Both the position numbers and the translations under genes were made by a program. Positions 9,049-18,418 of a stretch of DNA of 59,616 nucleotides are shown piece after piece. Position 1 is the stretch's first letter; each line of letters begins with the position of its first letter. Below the pieces are notes generated by a model that saw nothing but the letters and a program-made list of their open reading frames with translations, was not told where the DNA came from and did not search any database. This stretch comes from Candidatus Undinarchaeota archaeon (lineage in GTDB: Archaea; Undinarchaeota; Undinarchaeia; Undinarchaeales; UBA543): positions 7,004 through 66,619 of the forward strand of contig CAZMMZ010000006.1 in the NCBI GenBank assembly GCA_964567575.1, read 5' to 3'.

Positions 9049-10017
9049 ATGCCCAGTACAAAATCTCCGCGACGCGGATCTATGGCATACAGTCCAAGGA
9101 AAAGGGCTCGTCGAATTTATCCTAGAGTACACTCTTGGCCTCAATTAAAAGAAACAAAGGTTCTCGGTTTTGCTGGTTATAAAGCAGGTATGACACATGC
9201 TTTTGTTAAGGATAACAGAAAAGACACTCCAACAGCCAATAAGGAAGTCTTTACACCTCTGACAATTATCGAGTGTCCACCGCTCATTGTTTATGGCCTT
9301 CGATCTTACAAAAAAACTCCATATGGGCTCAAAGTGATGGGCGAACAGCACATGTCAAATCCTTCAAAAAGTCTTTCTCGTAAAATCATACTTTCAAAAA
9401 AACCTTCTACTTCTTCAGATGATCTTTCTGGTGACGTTGTCACCCTCATTCTTCATTCTCAACCAAAAACTGCTGTTGGCAAAAAAACTCCTGAAATTTT
9501 TGAATGCCATATCGGCGGTGAAAATTTTGAACAGCAATATACTTATGCAAAAGAACTGCTCGGCAAAGAAATAAAAGTTTCAGATATTTTCAAAGTGGGT
9601 GACTTTATTGATGTTATTGCAGTTACAAAAGGAAAAGGTACACAAGGACCTGTAAAAAGATTCCACGTTAAAACACAACCTCGTGTTAAAAACAAAAAGA
9701 AACGACACATTGGTACTCTTGGTGGAAGAGGTACTGCAACTAGATGGACTGTACCACAAGCAGGACAACTTGGTTTTTTCACACGAACTGAATATAACAA
9801 ACGCATAATCAAACTTGGTGATAAAGGAGCAGAAGTTACTCCAAAGAGCGGTTTTGTAAATTACGGAAATGTGAATGGCGAATATATTGCTATAAAGGGA
9901 TCAGTTCCTGGTCCTAACAAGCGACTTATTCGATTCAGACCAGCTTTACGACACTTTGTAGATTTAGGTGATCCAAATGTCACTTACCTAAGTGTTGAAT
10001 CCAAGCAGAGACGATAA
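9049..10017 (+). CDS. rpl3: 50S ribosomal protein uL3
   Basis: SPRRGSMAYSPRKRA, GFAGYKAGMTH and TKGKGTQGPVKRF motifs. Confidence 0.98.
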   Translation: MPSTKSPRRGSMAYSPRKRARRIYPRVHSWPQLKETKVLGFAGYKAGMTHAFVKDNRKDTPTANKEVFTPLTIIECPPLIVYGLRSYKKTPYGLKVMGEQHMSNPSKSLSRKIILSKKPSTSSDDLSGDVVTLILHSQPKTAVGKKTPEIFECHIGGENFEQQYTYAKELLGKEIKVSDIFKVGDFIDVIAVTKGKGTQGPVKRFHVKTQPRVKNKKKRHIGTLGGRGTATRWTVPQAGQLGFFTRTEYNKRIIKLGDKGAEVTPKSGFVNYGNVNGEYIAIKGSVPGPNKRLIRFRPALRHFVDLGDPNVTYLSVESKQRR

Positions 10018-10019
10018 AC

Positions 10020-10862
10020 ATGAAAACTGATGTATTAGATATACAAGGGAAGAAAAAAGGCAGCATAGACTTGCCTAAAATGTTTAACGAAGTTTATCGC
10101 CCAATTATAATTAAAAAATCGTTCCTTTCATACACAAGTTGGAACTACCAGGCAAAAGGTGCCGATCCTTTAGCAGGTCAAAAAACAGCTGCTGTATCTT
10201 GGCAAACTGGTGCTGGAAAATCAATCATGCCACGAGTTAAACCTGGCCCACATAGAGGTGGAAGAAATGCAAAAGGACACAGATACAGAAGTAAAGGTCG
10301 CTGGTTCAGAATGGCTGGACGATATTTAATTGCGCCTGGAACTGTTGGTGGTCGACAAGCTCACCCTCCAAAGGCACAAAAAAACATAATCAAAAAAGTC
10401 AATAATAGAGAAATGGATCTTGCTCTCGCTTCAGCTATAACAGCAACTACAAGTAATGAAATGGTAAGATCTCGTGGTCACGCAATTGATGAAAAATTAG
10501 TATTGCCAATTGTTGTTGATACTGCACTTGAAGAAATAAAGACAACCAAAGAAGCAAAAACTGTGTTGACTGCACTTGGTTTAGATGCAGACATTTCAAG
10601 ATGTTCTAAAATTAAAGTTCGAAGCGGACGTGGAAAAACAAGAGGTCGAAAATACAAAACAAAAGTTGGTCCATTGTTTGTTGTCTCAGAAGAAAAAGGA
10701 TTAGATGTAGCTGCAAGAAATATCAAAGGCGTTGATATTGTAACAGTTGATGATCTTAATATTGAGCTCCTTGCACCTGGTGCAACTGCCGGTAGATTAA
10801 CTGTCTGGACAAAAGGAGCAATTGAACAAATATCAAAAAACGGAACAGAGGTTGAACAATGA
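10020..10862 (+). CDS. rpl4: 50S ribosomal protein uL4
   Basis: GADPLAG, PGTVGGRQAHPP and LLAPG...GRLTVWT motifs. Confidence 0.97.
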   Translation: MKTDVLDIQGKKKGSIDLPKMFNEVYRPIIIKKSFLSYTSWNYQAKGADPLAGQKTAAVSWQTGAGKSIMPRVKPGPHRGGRNAKGHRYRSKGRWFRMAGRYLIAPGTVGGRQAHPPKAQKNIIKKVNNREMDLALASAITATTSNEMVRSRGHAIDEKLVLPIVVDTALEEIKTTKEAKTVLTALGLDADISRCSKIKVRSGRGKTRGRKYKTKVGPLFVVSEEKGLDVAARNIKGVDIVTVDDLNIELLAPGATAGRLTVWTKGAIEQISKNGTEVEQ

Positions 10863-11116
10863 AAAGAAAAATAATTACGCATATACTCATGACAGAAAAG
10901 TGTATGGGTATTTCAGAAATGGAAAATAAACTTGTATTCCGTGTTGAAAGAAAAGCAAACAAACATCAAATAAAAGAAGCTGTTTCAAAAGAATACAAAG
11001 TCAAAGTTGAATCTGTTCAAACAGTTATCACACCAAAAGGAATTAAAAAAGCATTTGTCAAGCTGGCAAAAGAACACAACGCAGCTGACATTGTAGCTAA
11101 CATGGGGATATTATAA
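10859..11116 (+). CDS. rpl23: 50S ribosomal protein uL23
   Basis: TEK, NKLVF.V, ANKHQIK and KKAFVKL motifs; operon position. Confidence 0.96.
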   Translation: MKRKIITHILMTEKCMGISEMENKLVFRVERKANKHQIKEAVSKEYKVKVESVQTVITPKGIKKAFVKLAKEHNAADIVANMGIL

Positions 11117-11835
11117 TGGGAACAATAATTAGAGCACAAAGAATTGGAAAGTCCAAAAGAAGGATGTCGCTTAGACACCGCTATAAAGGAAAACCTGATC
11201 ATATTAGTCTTAAAAAAATGCAAGAAAAACTCATCAAAGGAAAAGTAACGGATATTGCACACGCACGAGGAAGAAATGCTCCAATTGCAAAAATCGAATT
11301 TGAAAATGGAGAAAAAACAACAGTCATCGCACCTCTTGGCCTTGCTGTTAATGATGAAGTAACATACGGTTCAAAATCAAAAATCAATTTAGCATCAAGT
11401 GTTTATATTTCCCAAATTCCAGAAGGAACACAGGTTTACAATGTTGAATCGCTACCAGGAGATGGTGGAAAATTCGGTAAAACATCTGGAAATTCAGTAC
11501 GTATAGTTTCTCATGATGAGAAAGGAACTGTAATCCAAATGCCGTCTGGAGCATTTAAGACTGTACATAACATGTGCAGAGCAAATATTGGTATTGTTTC
11601 TGGCGGTGGAAAACATGAAAAACCATTTGTCAAAGCAGGATCAAAACGATTTGCAAAATATGCAAAAGGAAAAATGCACTCAATTGTTTGTGGTGTTAAC
11701 ATGAACTCATGTGATCACCCATTCGGTGGTGGACGACACCCACACACTGGTAAATCACGATCTGTTTCAAGACATGCTCCTCCTGGAAGAAAAGTAGGGG
11801 CTATCGCATCAAAGAGGAGCGGTAAGAAGAGGTAA
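11116..11835 (+). CDS. rpl2: 50S ribosomal protein uL2
   Basis: DIAHARGRNAPIA and GVNMNSCDHPFGGG motifs. Confidence 0.97.
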   Translation: MGTIIRAQRIGKSKRRMSLRHRYKGKPDHISLKKMQEKLIKGKVTDIAHARGRNAPIAKIEFENGEKTTVIAPLGLAVNDEVTYGSKSKINLASSVYISQIPEGTQVYNVESLPGDGGKFGKTSGNSVRIVSHDEKGTVIQMPSGAFKTVHNMCRANIGIVSGGGKHEKPFVKAGSKRFAKYAKGKMHSIVCGVNMNSCDHPFGGGRHPHTGKSRSVSRHAPPGRKVGAIASKRSGKKR

Positions 11836-11840
11836 ACTAC

Positions 11841-12227
11841 ATGGTAAAAAAAGAATTCACATACAGAGGTTTCAAGCTTGAACAACTACAAAAAATGAGC
11901 AAAGAAGAATTTGCAAAGCTTGTAGATGCAAGAACAAGACGTAGTTTAACTCGTGGTTTCATTAAAACTCATGAAAAATTACTAGAACGATCACGAAAAA
12001 TTCAAGGAAAGGCAATAAGAACACATTGCCGCGACATGATCATACTTCCTGAATTCGTTGGAAAATTGTTTGCAATTTACAACGGAAAGGAATATGTTAG
12101 AACAGATATCACAGCTGAAATGATTGGCCACTGCCTTGGTGAGTTTGTATTAACTCGAAAAAGAACTACACACTCTGCACCAGGTGTTGGAGCAACACGA
12201 TCAAGTAAGTTTGTATCACTCAAGTAA
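11841..12227 (+). CDS. rps19: 30S ribosomal protein uS19
   Basis: IRTHCRDMIILPE, YNGKEY and MIGHCLGEF motifs. Confidence 0.97.
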   Translation: MVKKEFTYRGFKLEQLQKMSKEEFAKLVDARTRRSLTRGFIKTHEKLLERSRKIQGKAIRTHCRDMIILPEFVGKLFAIYNGKEYVRTDITAEMIGHCLGEFVLTRKRTTHSAPGVGATRSSKFVSLK

Positions 12228-12229
12228 AG

Positions 12230-12820
12230 ATGGCAAGTATAAAATACGCATATCAAGGTGAGAACGAAAATACAGCTCGAGCTTTGGCTCGAAATGTCAG
12301 AATCTCAAACAAAGAAGCGTATGAAGCCGCAAATGCAGCTCGGGGAAAGACAGTTACACGAGCAAAGAAATTCTTTGCAAATGTTATTGAAACTAAAGAA
12401 GCAATCCCATATAAACGATATAATAGTGGTGTTCCACATCGAGCTGGAATTGGCCCAGGAAGATATCCAAAAAACACTTCACAAGCTATGATCAAACTAT
12501 TGAATGAAGTTGAAGCAAATGCAGAAGCACGCGGCCTAAACACTGATGTTCTTAAAATAACACATCTTGCAGTTCATAAAGCAACCCAATTACGAGGAAG
12601 CTTCAAAGGATCTTCACAATATAGTCCAATGACACACATTGAAATTATTGTAAAAGAAATGGAAGAATCAAAAAAAGCTACAAAACCTGAAAAGAAAGAA
12701 GAACCAGTAGAAAAAAAAGAAACCAAAAAAGAAGAAAAACCTTCTGAGAAAAAGGAAGAGAAAAAAATTGAACCAAAAAAAGAAGAAAAAAAACCTGACA
12801 AAAAGGAGGATTCACAATAA
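12230..12820 (+). CDS. rpl22: 50S ribosomal protein uL22 with Lys/Glu-rich tail
   Basis: GRYPKN, NAEARGLN and THIEII motifs. Confidence 0.96.
   Translation: MASIKYAYQGENENTARALARNVRISNKEAYEAANAARGKTVTRAKKFFANVIETKEAIPYKRYNSGVPHRAGIGPGRYPKNTSQAMIKLLNEVEANAEARGLNTDVLKITHLAVHKATQLRGSFKGSSQYSPMTHIEIIVKEMEESKKATKPEKKEEPVEKKETKKEEKPSEKKEEKKIEPKKEEKKPDKKEDSQ
12770..12810 (+). repeat. Dispersed tail/SD repeat, copy 1 (end of rpl22)
   Basis: 39 of 41 nt identical to 15305-15345 (end of rpl24). Confidence 0.75.
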
Positions 12821-13602
12821 TGGCAATTGAAAGAAAATTCATCTTAGAACAACTCAAAAAACTTAAAATTCACCAATATATCCATGGAGAACTTGATAGA
12901 GTCGGTTGTGGAGACATTGAGGTAAAAAGAACACCTTTAGGAAATCGTGTTGTAATCCACTCTACTCGTCCTGGTCTTGTAATTGGAAGGAAAGGGAAAA
13001 ATATTGAGATGCTTACAAACGCTCTCAAAAATCGTTTCAAAATTGATAATCCACAAATCGAAGTTAAAGAAATCGCAAAACCAGAATATGACCCAACAAT
13101 AATGGCAACACAACTTGCGGGAACTCTTGAAAGAGGAATTCATTTCCGAAGATCTTCATACGGTCTTGTAAGACAAATCATGAAGTCAGGAGCACTTGGT
13201 TGTGAAATCACAATTTGCGGAAAAGTAAGTGGTGGACGAACAAGAACTGAAAAATTCAAAGCTGGATACATAAAACACTGTGGAGATACTGCAGATAAAT
13301 ATGTAAAAAATGCAGTTACTCAAGCAAAATTAAAAGCTGGTGTTCTTGGAATAAAAGTAAAAATCACCCCTCCAGTAACTGGAGCATCCCGATTCAATCA
13401 ATTAGAATTAATAAAAGCAAAACCTGAAGAACCAAAAGAAGAGAAAAAAGAAGAACCGATCGAAAAGAAAGAACAGGTGAAAGAAGAAAAACAAGAATCA
13501 AAAAAAGAAGAAAAGAAAGAAAAACCAAAAGCAAGCAAAAGCAAAACAGATAAAAAAGAAAAGAAAGAGAAAAAACCTGATAAAAAGGAGGAAAAGAAAT
13601 AA
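12820..13602 (+). CDS. rps3: 30S ribosomal protein uS3 with Lys/Glu-rich tail
   Basis: KH-domain RPGLVIGRKG; LERGIHFRR and GVLGIKVKI motifs. Confidence 0.97.
   Translation: MAIERKFILEQLKKLKIHQYIHGELDRVGCGDIEVKRTPLGNRVVIHSTRPGLVIGRKGKNIEMLTNALKNRFKIDNPQIEVKEIAKPEYDPTIMATQLAGTLERGIHFRRSSYGLVRQIMKSGALGCEITICGKVSGGRTRTEKFKAGYIKHCGDTADKYVKNAVTQAKLKAGVLGIKVKITPPVTGASRFNQLELIKAKPEEPKEEKKEEPIEKKEQVKEEKQESKKEEKKEKPKASKSKTDKKEKKEKKPDKKEEKK
13566..13600 (+). repeat. Dispersed tail/SD repeat, copy 2 (end of rps3)
   Basis: 34 of 35 nt identical to 15319-15353. Confidence 0.75.
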
Positions 13603-13811
13603 TGGCTGTAATAAGAACCAGTGAACTTCGGTCAATGACTGAAAAAGAACTAAGTGCTAAACTTACAGAAATTGAAAAAGAAATTACAAGCCAAAATGCA
13701 AAACTTGCTGCTGGTGGTATGGCTGATAATCCTGGCAAACTAGCTGAAATGAAAAAGATAGTTGCGAGAATAAAAACAATTTCAAAGGAGAAAAAAATAA
13801 GATATGAGTGA
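13602..13811 (+). CDS. rpl29: 50S ribosomal protein uL29
   Basis: ELRSM, NPGKL..MKK.VARIKT motifs. Confidence 0.96.
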   Translation: MAVIRTSELRSMTEKELSAKLTEIEKEITSQNAKLAAGGMADNPGKLAEMKKIVARIKTISKEKKIRYE

Positions 13812-14109
13812 AATCTGCAATAAATGTGGATTGCCCAAGGAACTTTGTGCCTGCGGCGATATAGCCAAAGAGACACAAAGTGCAATAAAACTCTACACTG
13901 ATAAAAGACGATACGGAAAATACGTAACAATCATTGAAGGTGTAGAACAAGACTCTGCGGATGGAGATCTTGGCGCATTTGCAAAAGAGCTAAAAAGTCA
14001 CTGTGCTTGCGGTGGAACTGTAAAAGATGGAAAAATCGAACTACAAGGAAACCACATAAAAAAAGTGAAAGAAAAGCTCGCAAATATGGGCTTCAGCATT
14101 GGAAAATAA
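13804..14109 (+). CDS. sui1: Translation initiation factor SUI1/aIF1 homolog
   Basis: N-terminal [11 protein letters not shown]; KRRYGK.VT and [10 protein letters not shown]...IELQG motifs. Confidence 0.96.
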   Translation: MSEICNKCGLPKELCACGDIAKETQSAIKLYTDKRRYGKYVTIIEGVEQDSADGDLGAFAKELKSHCACGGTVKDGKIELQGNHIKKVKEKLANMGFSIGK

Positions 14110-14134
14110 TAATCAATCATAAACGGTGAAAAAA

Positions 14135-14437
14135 ATGACTAAGGAAGAATGTATTGACAAGAACTGCCCACAGCACGGGACAATAAGCAAGCGAGGCTTT
14201 AAACTAGAAGGTACTGTTGTCTCTGATAAAATGAAAAAAAGCGTAGTTGTTGAAATAAACCGCGTTAGAAAAATCCAAAAGTTCAAACGATATGAAAAAA
14301 GACGAACAAAAATTCATGCTCACAACTCATCTTGCATTAATGCAAAAAAAGGAGACATTGTTGTAATACGCGAATGCAAACCAATCAGCAAAACAAAATC
14401 CTTTGTTGTTGTAGAGAAAAAAGAGGATAAACAGTAA
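14135..14437 (+). CDS. rps17: 30S ribosomal protein uS17
   Basis: [15 protein letters not shown] and ECKPISKTK motifs. ATG 14135 chosen because GGTGA lies just upstream. Confidence 0.96.
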   Translation: MTKEECIDKNCPQHGTISKRGFKLEGTVVSDKMKKSVVVEINRVRKIQKFKRYEKRRTKIHAHNSSCINAKKGDIVVIRECKPISKTKSFVVVEKKEDKQ

Positions 14438-14439
14438 AA

Positions 14440-14868
14440 ATGGGAAAAGTAAGAAAGAAACTCAAAGCACACATAAAAGTGAAGGGCAATATAACCAAAT
14501 CTTTACCAGCTAAGGCTCGACTTGTGTGCGCTGATAATACTGGAGCAAAGATCCTTGAAATAATCACAGTTAAATTACATAAAGGCAGAAAACGACAACT
14601 TGCAAAAGCAGGAATCGGCGACATGGTTATTTGCTCTGTCAAAGAAGGTGGACCTGACATAAAAAAAACAGTTGTTCCTGCAATCGTAATCAGACAAAAG
14701 AAAGAAGTATTCCGTGCTGACGGCACTCGAATGAAATTCGAAGATAATGCAGCTGTTATAGTAACGCCTGAAGGAGAACCTAAAGGAAGTGAAATACGAG
14801 GACCGGTTGCAAGAGAAGCAATACAAAAATGGTCTGGTATTGCAAGCGCTGCAAAAATAGTGGTATAA
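14440..14868 (+). CDS. rpl14: 50S ribosomal protein uL14
   Basis: [13 protein letters not shown] and FEDNAAV motifs. Confidence 0.97.
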   Translation: MGKVRKKLKAHIKVKGNITKSLPAKARLVCADNTGAKILEIITVKLHKGRKRQLAKAGIGDMVICSVKEGGPDIKKTVVPAIVIRQKKEVFRADGTRMKFEDNAAVIVTPEGEPKGSEIRGPVAREAIQKWSGIASAAKIVV

Positions 14869-14869
14869 A

Positions 14870-15355
14870 ATGAAAACAAAATATGCAAACACATGGAAAT
14901 GCTCTGTACAACCAAGAAAACAGAGGAAATATCTAGCGAATGCTCCACTTCATGTTAAACAAAAATTAGTTTCAGTTCATTTAGATAAGAAATTAAGAGA
15001 AAAATTAGGACGACGCTCCTTATCGGTTAGAAAAGGAGATGAAGTAAAAATAATGCGCGGAAAAAGAAAAGGAAGTCAAGCAAAAGTTTCTGCAGTAGAT
15101 CTAAAAAAAGGCCGTGTTTATTTGGAAGGACAAACAAGAGATAACATCCGAGGAACTAAAGTAATTATCCCATTTGCACCTTCAAATTTGCTTATGATCA
15201 CTAGTGTTGATGACAAACGAAGAAACAGAAAAGGAACAAAAGTTGTTAAGAAAAAAATTGAACCAAAACCATCAACAAAAAAAGAAAAACCAGTGAAAAA
15301 AGTAGAACCAAAAAAAGAAGAGAAAAAACCTGAGAAAAAGGAGGAAAAGAAATGA
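14870..15355 (+). CDS. rpl24: 50S ribosomal protein uL24 with Lys/Glu-rich tail
   Basis: QPRKQRK...NAPLH and VRKGDEVKIMRG (KOW) motifs. Confidence 0.96.
   Translation: MKTKYANTWKCSVQPRKQRKYLANAPLHVKQKLVSVHLDKKLREKLGRRSLSVRKGDEVKIMRGKRKGSQAKVSAVDLKKGRVYLEGQTRDNIRGTKVIIPFAPSNLLMITSVDDKRRNRKGTKVVKKKIEPKPSTKKEKPVKKVEPKKEEKKPEKKEEKK
15305..15353 (+). repeat. Dispersed tail/SD repeat, copy 3 (end of rpl24)
   Basis: Matches both the rpl22 and rps3 3' ends; contains AAGGAGGA at 15338-15345. Confidence 0.75.
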
Positions 15356-16017
15356 GTCACTTAAAACGATTAGCAGCACCAAAGAGCTGGAACATTGCAA
15401 GAAAAGAAAGAAAATTCATAACAAAAAATAGCCCAGGTCCACATAAACAGGAGCAATCAATTCCTTTAGTTGTGCTTTTAAGAGATATGTTAAATGTAGT
15501 TAAAAATGCAAAAGAATCAAAGAAAATTCTTTATGAAGGATTAGTTCTTGTAAATGGAAAAAAGAGAAGAAAGAACGACTTTTCAGTTGGTTTAATGGAT
15601 ATTCTCGAACTCCCTCTTGCAAAGAAAATTTACAAAATTACAATCAGCAAAAAAGGAAAACTTTACGCAGAAGAAATAGAATCTGCAAAAGATCATTTAT
15701 GCAGAATTGAGGGGAAAACTATTCTTGAAAAAGGAAAAGTTCAACTTAATCTGTTTAGCGGAGAAAATGTCATTGTTGATAAAGACGAATACAAAGTTGG
15801 GGATGTAATAAAACTCAGCCTTAAAGATCATAAATTAACAGGAAACGTTGTTCTAAGTAATGGAACTTCAGCGTTAATCATTGGTGGAAGCCACGTTGGA
15901 CAAATTGTTACAATAAAAGGAATTGACAAGAGTATCACACCAACAGAAGTTCTACTTGAAGATGCTGAAAAGAAAGAAATCAGAACAAGATTGTATAATG
16001 TTTACCCAATAGAGTGA
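15352..16017 (+). CDS. rps4e: 30S ribosomal protein eS4
   Basis: HLKRLAAPKSW, PGPH, LLRD.L and GLMD motifs. Confidence 0.97.
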   Translation: MSHLKRLAAPKSWNIARKERKFITKNSPGPHKQEQSIPLVVLLRDMLNVVKNAKESKKILYEGLVLVNGKKRRKNDFSVGLMDILELPLAKKIYKITISKKGKLYAEEIESAKDHLCRIEGKTILEKGKVQLNLFSGENVIVDKDEYKVGDVIKLSLKDHKLTGNVVLSNGTSALIIGGSHVGQIVTIKGIDKSITPTEVLLEDAEKKEIRTRLYNVYPIE

Positions 16018-16022
16018 AAAAA

Positions 16023-16520
16023 ATGAAAGAAATAAAAATAAACAAAGTAGTAGCGAATATCGGTGTAGGAGAATCCGGTGAAAAGCTTCAGAAAGCAGAG
16101 AAGCTCTTACAGGATCTTACAGGTCAAAAACCAGCAAGAGGTATCTCAAAGGCTACACACCCAGAATTCGGCGTAAAGAAACACGCACCTATTGGTACAA
16201 AGGTTACACTTAGGAAAAAAATAGCAGTTGATTTCCTAAAAAAAGCATTTGAAGCTATTGAAAATAAAGTTGATCGTAAAAAATATGATCAATTTGGAAA
16301 TCTTTCATTTGGAATTCACGAATATATTGAAATGCCTGGAACACAATATGATCCAGATATTGGTATGTTTGGGATGGATGTATCAGTAAATTTAGAAAGA
16401 GCAGGATACAGGATTGCACGAAGAAAAAAATGCCAAAGAAAAATCCCATTATCTTCACGAATCACAAAAGAGGAAGCCATGGACTTCTTCAAGAAAAACT
16501 TTGGAGTAGAAACTGAATAA
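16023..16520 (+). CDS. rpl5: 50S ribosomal protein uL5
   Basis: VVANIGVGESG, IGTKVTLR and YDPDIGMFGMD motifs. Confidence 0.97.
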   Translation: MKEIKINKVVANIGVGESGEKLQKAEKLLQDLTGQKPARGISKATHPEFGVKKHAPIGTKVTLRKKIAVDFLKKAFEAIENKVDRKKYDQFGNLSFGIHEYIEMPGTQYDPDIGMFGMDVSVNLERAGYRIARRKKCQRKIPLSSRITKEEAMDFFKKNFGVETE

Positions 16521-16666
16521 TGACAAATAGAAAACACGGAAAAGCAACAAAAAAATGCAGGCTTTGCGGAGCACATGACCGAGTTATACGAAAGTATAAT
16601 CTGTATATTTGCGGTCGGTGTTTCAGAGAAGTTGCTCCACAAATGGGATTCAAGAAATATAGTTAG
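16520..16666 (+). CDS. rps14: 30S ribosomal protein uS14 (Zn type); absent from the ORF track
   Basis: Own translation: MTNRKHGKATKKCRLCGAHDRVIRKYNLYICGRCFREVAPQMGFKKYS (CxxC...CxxC). Confidence 0.96.
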   Translation: MTNRKHGKATKKCRLCGAHDRVIRKYNLYICGRCFREVAPQMGFKKYS

Positions 16667-16676
16667 GAGATAAAAG

Positions 16677-17063
16677 ATGTTACACGACCCACTTGCAAAC
16701 ACATTGAATAACTTGAAACTGTATGAAAAGACAGGAAAGAACGACTGTATAGTCTATCCAGCTTCAAGCCTAATCAAAGAAACATTACAAGTAATGAAAG
16801 ACAGCGGATATATTGGAAGCTTTGAACAAGTAGAAAATAACGAAGCTGCATTAAAAGTCAGGCTCATTGGTAAAATTAACAGTTGTGGAGTTATAAAACC
16901 ACGATATCCTGTTAAATTAAATGAAATTGAAGAATATGAGAAACAGTATCTACCAGCAAAGAACTTTGGAGTACTTTTAATTAGTACCCCACAAGGAATA
17001 ATGACGCATGATGCTGCTCGAGAAAAGAAAACAGGAGGAATATTACTCGCTTACGTTTACTAA
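16677..17063 (+). CDS. rps8: 30S ribosomal protein uS8
   Basis: DPLAN, GYIGSF, YLPAKNFG and STPQGIMTH motifs. Confidence 0.97.
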   Translation: MLHDPLANTLNNLKLYEKTGKNDCIVYPASSLIKETLQVMKDSGYIGSFEQVENNEAALKVRLIGKINSCGVIKPRYPVKLNEIEEYEKQYLPAKNFGVLLISTPQGIMTHDAAREKKTGGILLAYVY

Positions 17064-17064
17064 A

Positions 17065-17595
17065 ATGGCAAAGAAAAAAGAAAGAACAATTGAAATTCCT
17101 GAAGGAATTGCCACAACCATAGAAGGGACAATTGTTAAGATAAAAGGAGAGAAAGGAGAACTTCAGAAAGAGTTCTGCTATCCTGGAGTTTCTTTAAAAC
17201 AAGAAAGTAATAAAATAACAATCGCAGCAGAAACAGCTTGCAAAAAACACAGATCAGTTGTTGGAACATATGAATCACATTTAAAAAACATGTTCAAAGG
17301 AGTAACAGAAGGTTACACTGCAACAATGAAAGCAGTATACGCCCACTTCCCAATCACAATAAAACAAGCAGAAAATGTGATAGAAGTTCATAATTTCCTT
17401 GGAGAAAAAGTTCCTAGAAAAGGTAAAATACATGGAGATGCGCAAGTAAAAATCCAAAAAGACGATGTTACAATTGAAGGAATAAACAAAGAAGATGTTG
17501 GACAAACTGCAGCAAATATTGAACTTGCAACAAGAATCAAAAATAAGGATACACGTGTATTCCAAGATGGAGTGTATATAACACAGAAACCATGA
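17065..17595 (+). CDS. rpl6: 50S ribosomal protein uL6
   Basis: YAHFPI, NFLGEK and DTRVFQDGVYI motifs; start at MAKKKE. Confidence 0.97.
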   Translation: MAKKKERTIEIPEGIATTIEGTIVKIKGEKGELQKEFCYPGVSLKQESNKITIAAETACKKHRSVVGTYESHLKNMFKGVTEGYTATMKAVYAHFPITIKQAENVIEVHNFLGEKVPRKGKIHGDAQVKIQKDDVTIEGINKEDVGQTAANIELATRIKNKDTRVFQDGVYITQKP

Positions 17596-17981
17596 CCGAA
17601 GAAAAAAAAGACATAATCAAAGTGAGAAAAGGACTTTTAGCTAGTCAGAAAAAGAAAAAAGTAAAATTCAAGAGACAGAATTTCTGGCGATACAAAAGAC
17701 TAAAGGATGCTTGGAGAAAACCTAGAGGCCGAACTGGTAAAATGAGATTAAAACGTGGCGGAAAAATGCCATCACCGGGTCCTGGTTATGCAAATCCAGC
17801 AATAATCAAACACTTACACCCAAGTGGATACGAAGAGGTGTATGTATCATGTTCAAAAGATCTTGAAGGAATAAATCAAGAAACACAAGCAGTCAGATTT
17901 AGTGGAACACTTGGAAAGAAAAAGAAAGAAGTGTTACTTGAACAAGCTAACAAAGCAGGACTAAAGGTGCTGAACAAATGA
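17592..17981 (+). CDS. rpl32e: 50S ribosomal protein eL32
   Basis: KFKRQ, WRKPRG and LHPSGYEEV motifs. Confidence 0.96.
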   Translation: MTEEKKDIIKVRKGLLASQKKKKVKFKRQNFWRYKRLKDAWRKPRGRTGKMRLKRGGKMPSPGPGYANPAIIKHLHPSGYEEVYVSCSKDLEGINQETQAVRFSGTLGKKKKEVLLEQANKAGLKVLNK

Positions 17982-18418
17982 AAACACAAAAGAGACTTGC
18001 AGCAAAGATCCTTAAAATCGGAAAAACCAGTGTTTGGATTGATCCAGAACAAAAAGAAGAAGTATCTGGAGCTATGACTCGAGGAGATGTTCGAAAATAT
18101 ATTGGTCTTGGAATGATTAAAGCAAAACCAAAAGTTGGAAACTCCCGAGGAAGAATCAGAAAAAGACAAGCGCAAAAAGCAAAAGGACGACAATCTGGTC
18201 AAGGAAAAAGAAAAGGAACTGCAAATTCACGTTCAAATAAAAAACACGCTTGGATGAATAGAATCCGAGCACAACGTTCATTGCTTAAAAAACTCAGAGA
18301 TGAAGAAAAAATTAGCACAGCAATTTACAGAAAAACATATCGCCTTGCTAAAGCTGGAATATTCAAAAGTCGAGCATATGTTATTACATATTTAAAGGAG
18401 AACGCAGAGAAACAATGA
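17978..18418 (+). CDS. rpl19e: 50S ribosomal protein eL19
   Basis: QKRLAA, VWIDP, G.RKGT and WMNRIRAQR motifs. Confidence 0.97.
   Translation: MKTQKRLAAKILKIGKTSVWIDPEQKEEVSGAMTRGDVRKYIGLGMIKAKPKVGNSRGRIRKRQAQKAKGRQSGQGKRKGTANSRSNKKHAWMNRIRAQRSLLKKLRDEEKISTAIYRKTYRLAKAGIFKSRAYVITYLKENAEKQ

Noticed and set aside
14126-16023. GTG starts for rps17 and rpl5 in the ORF track as unusual initiation
   Set aside because: Each GTG is part of an SD-like GGTGA/GAGTGA, and an in-frame ATG lies 9 nt downstream.
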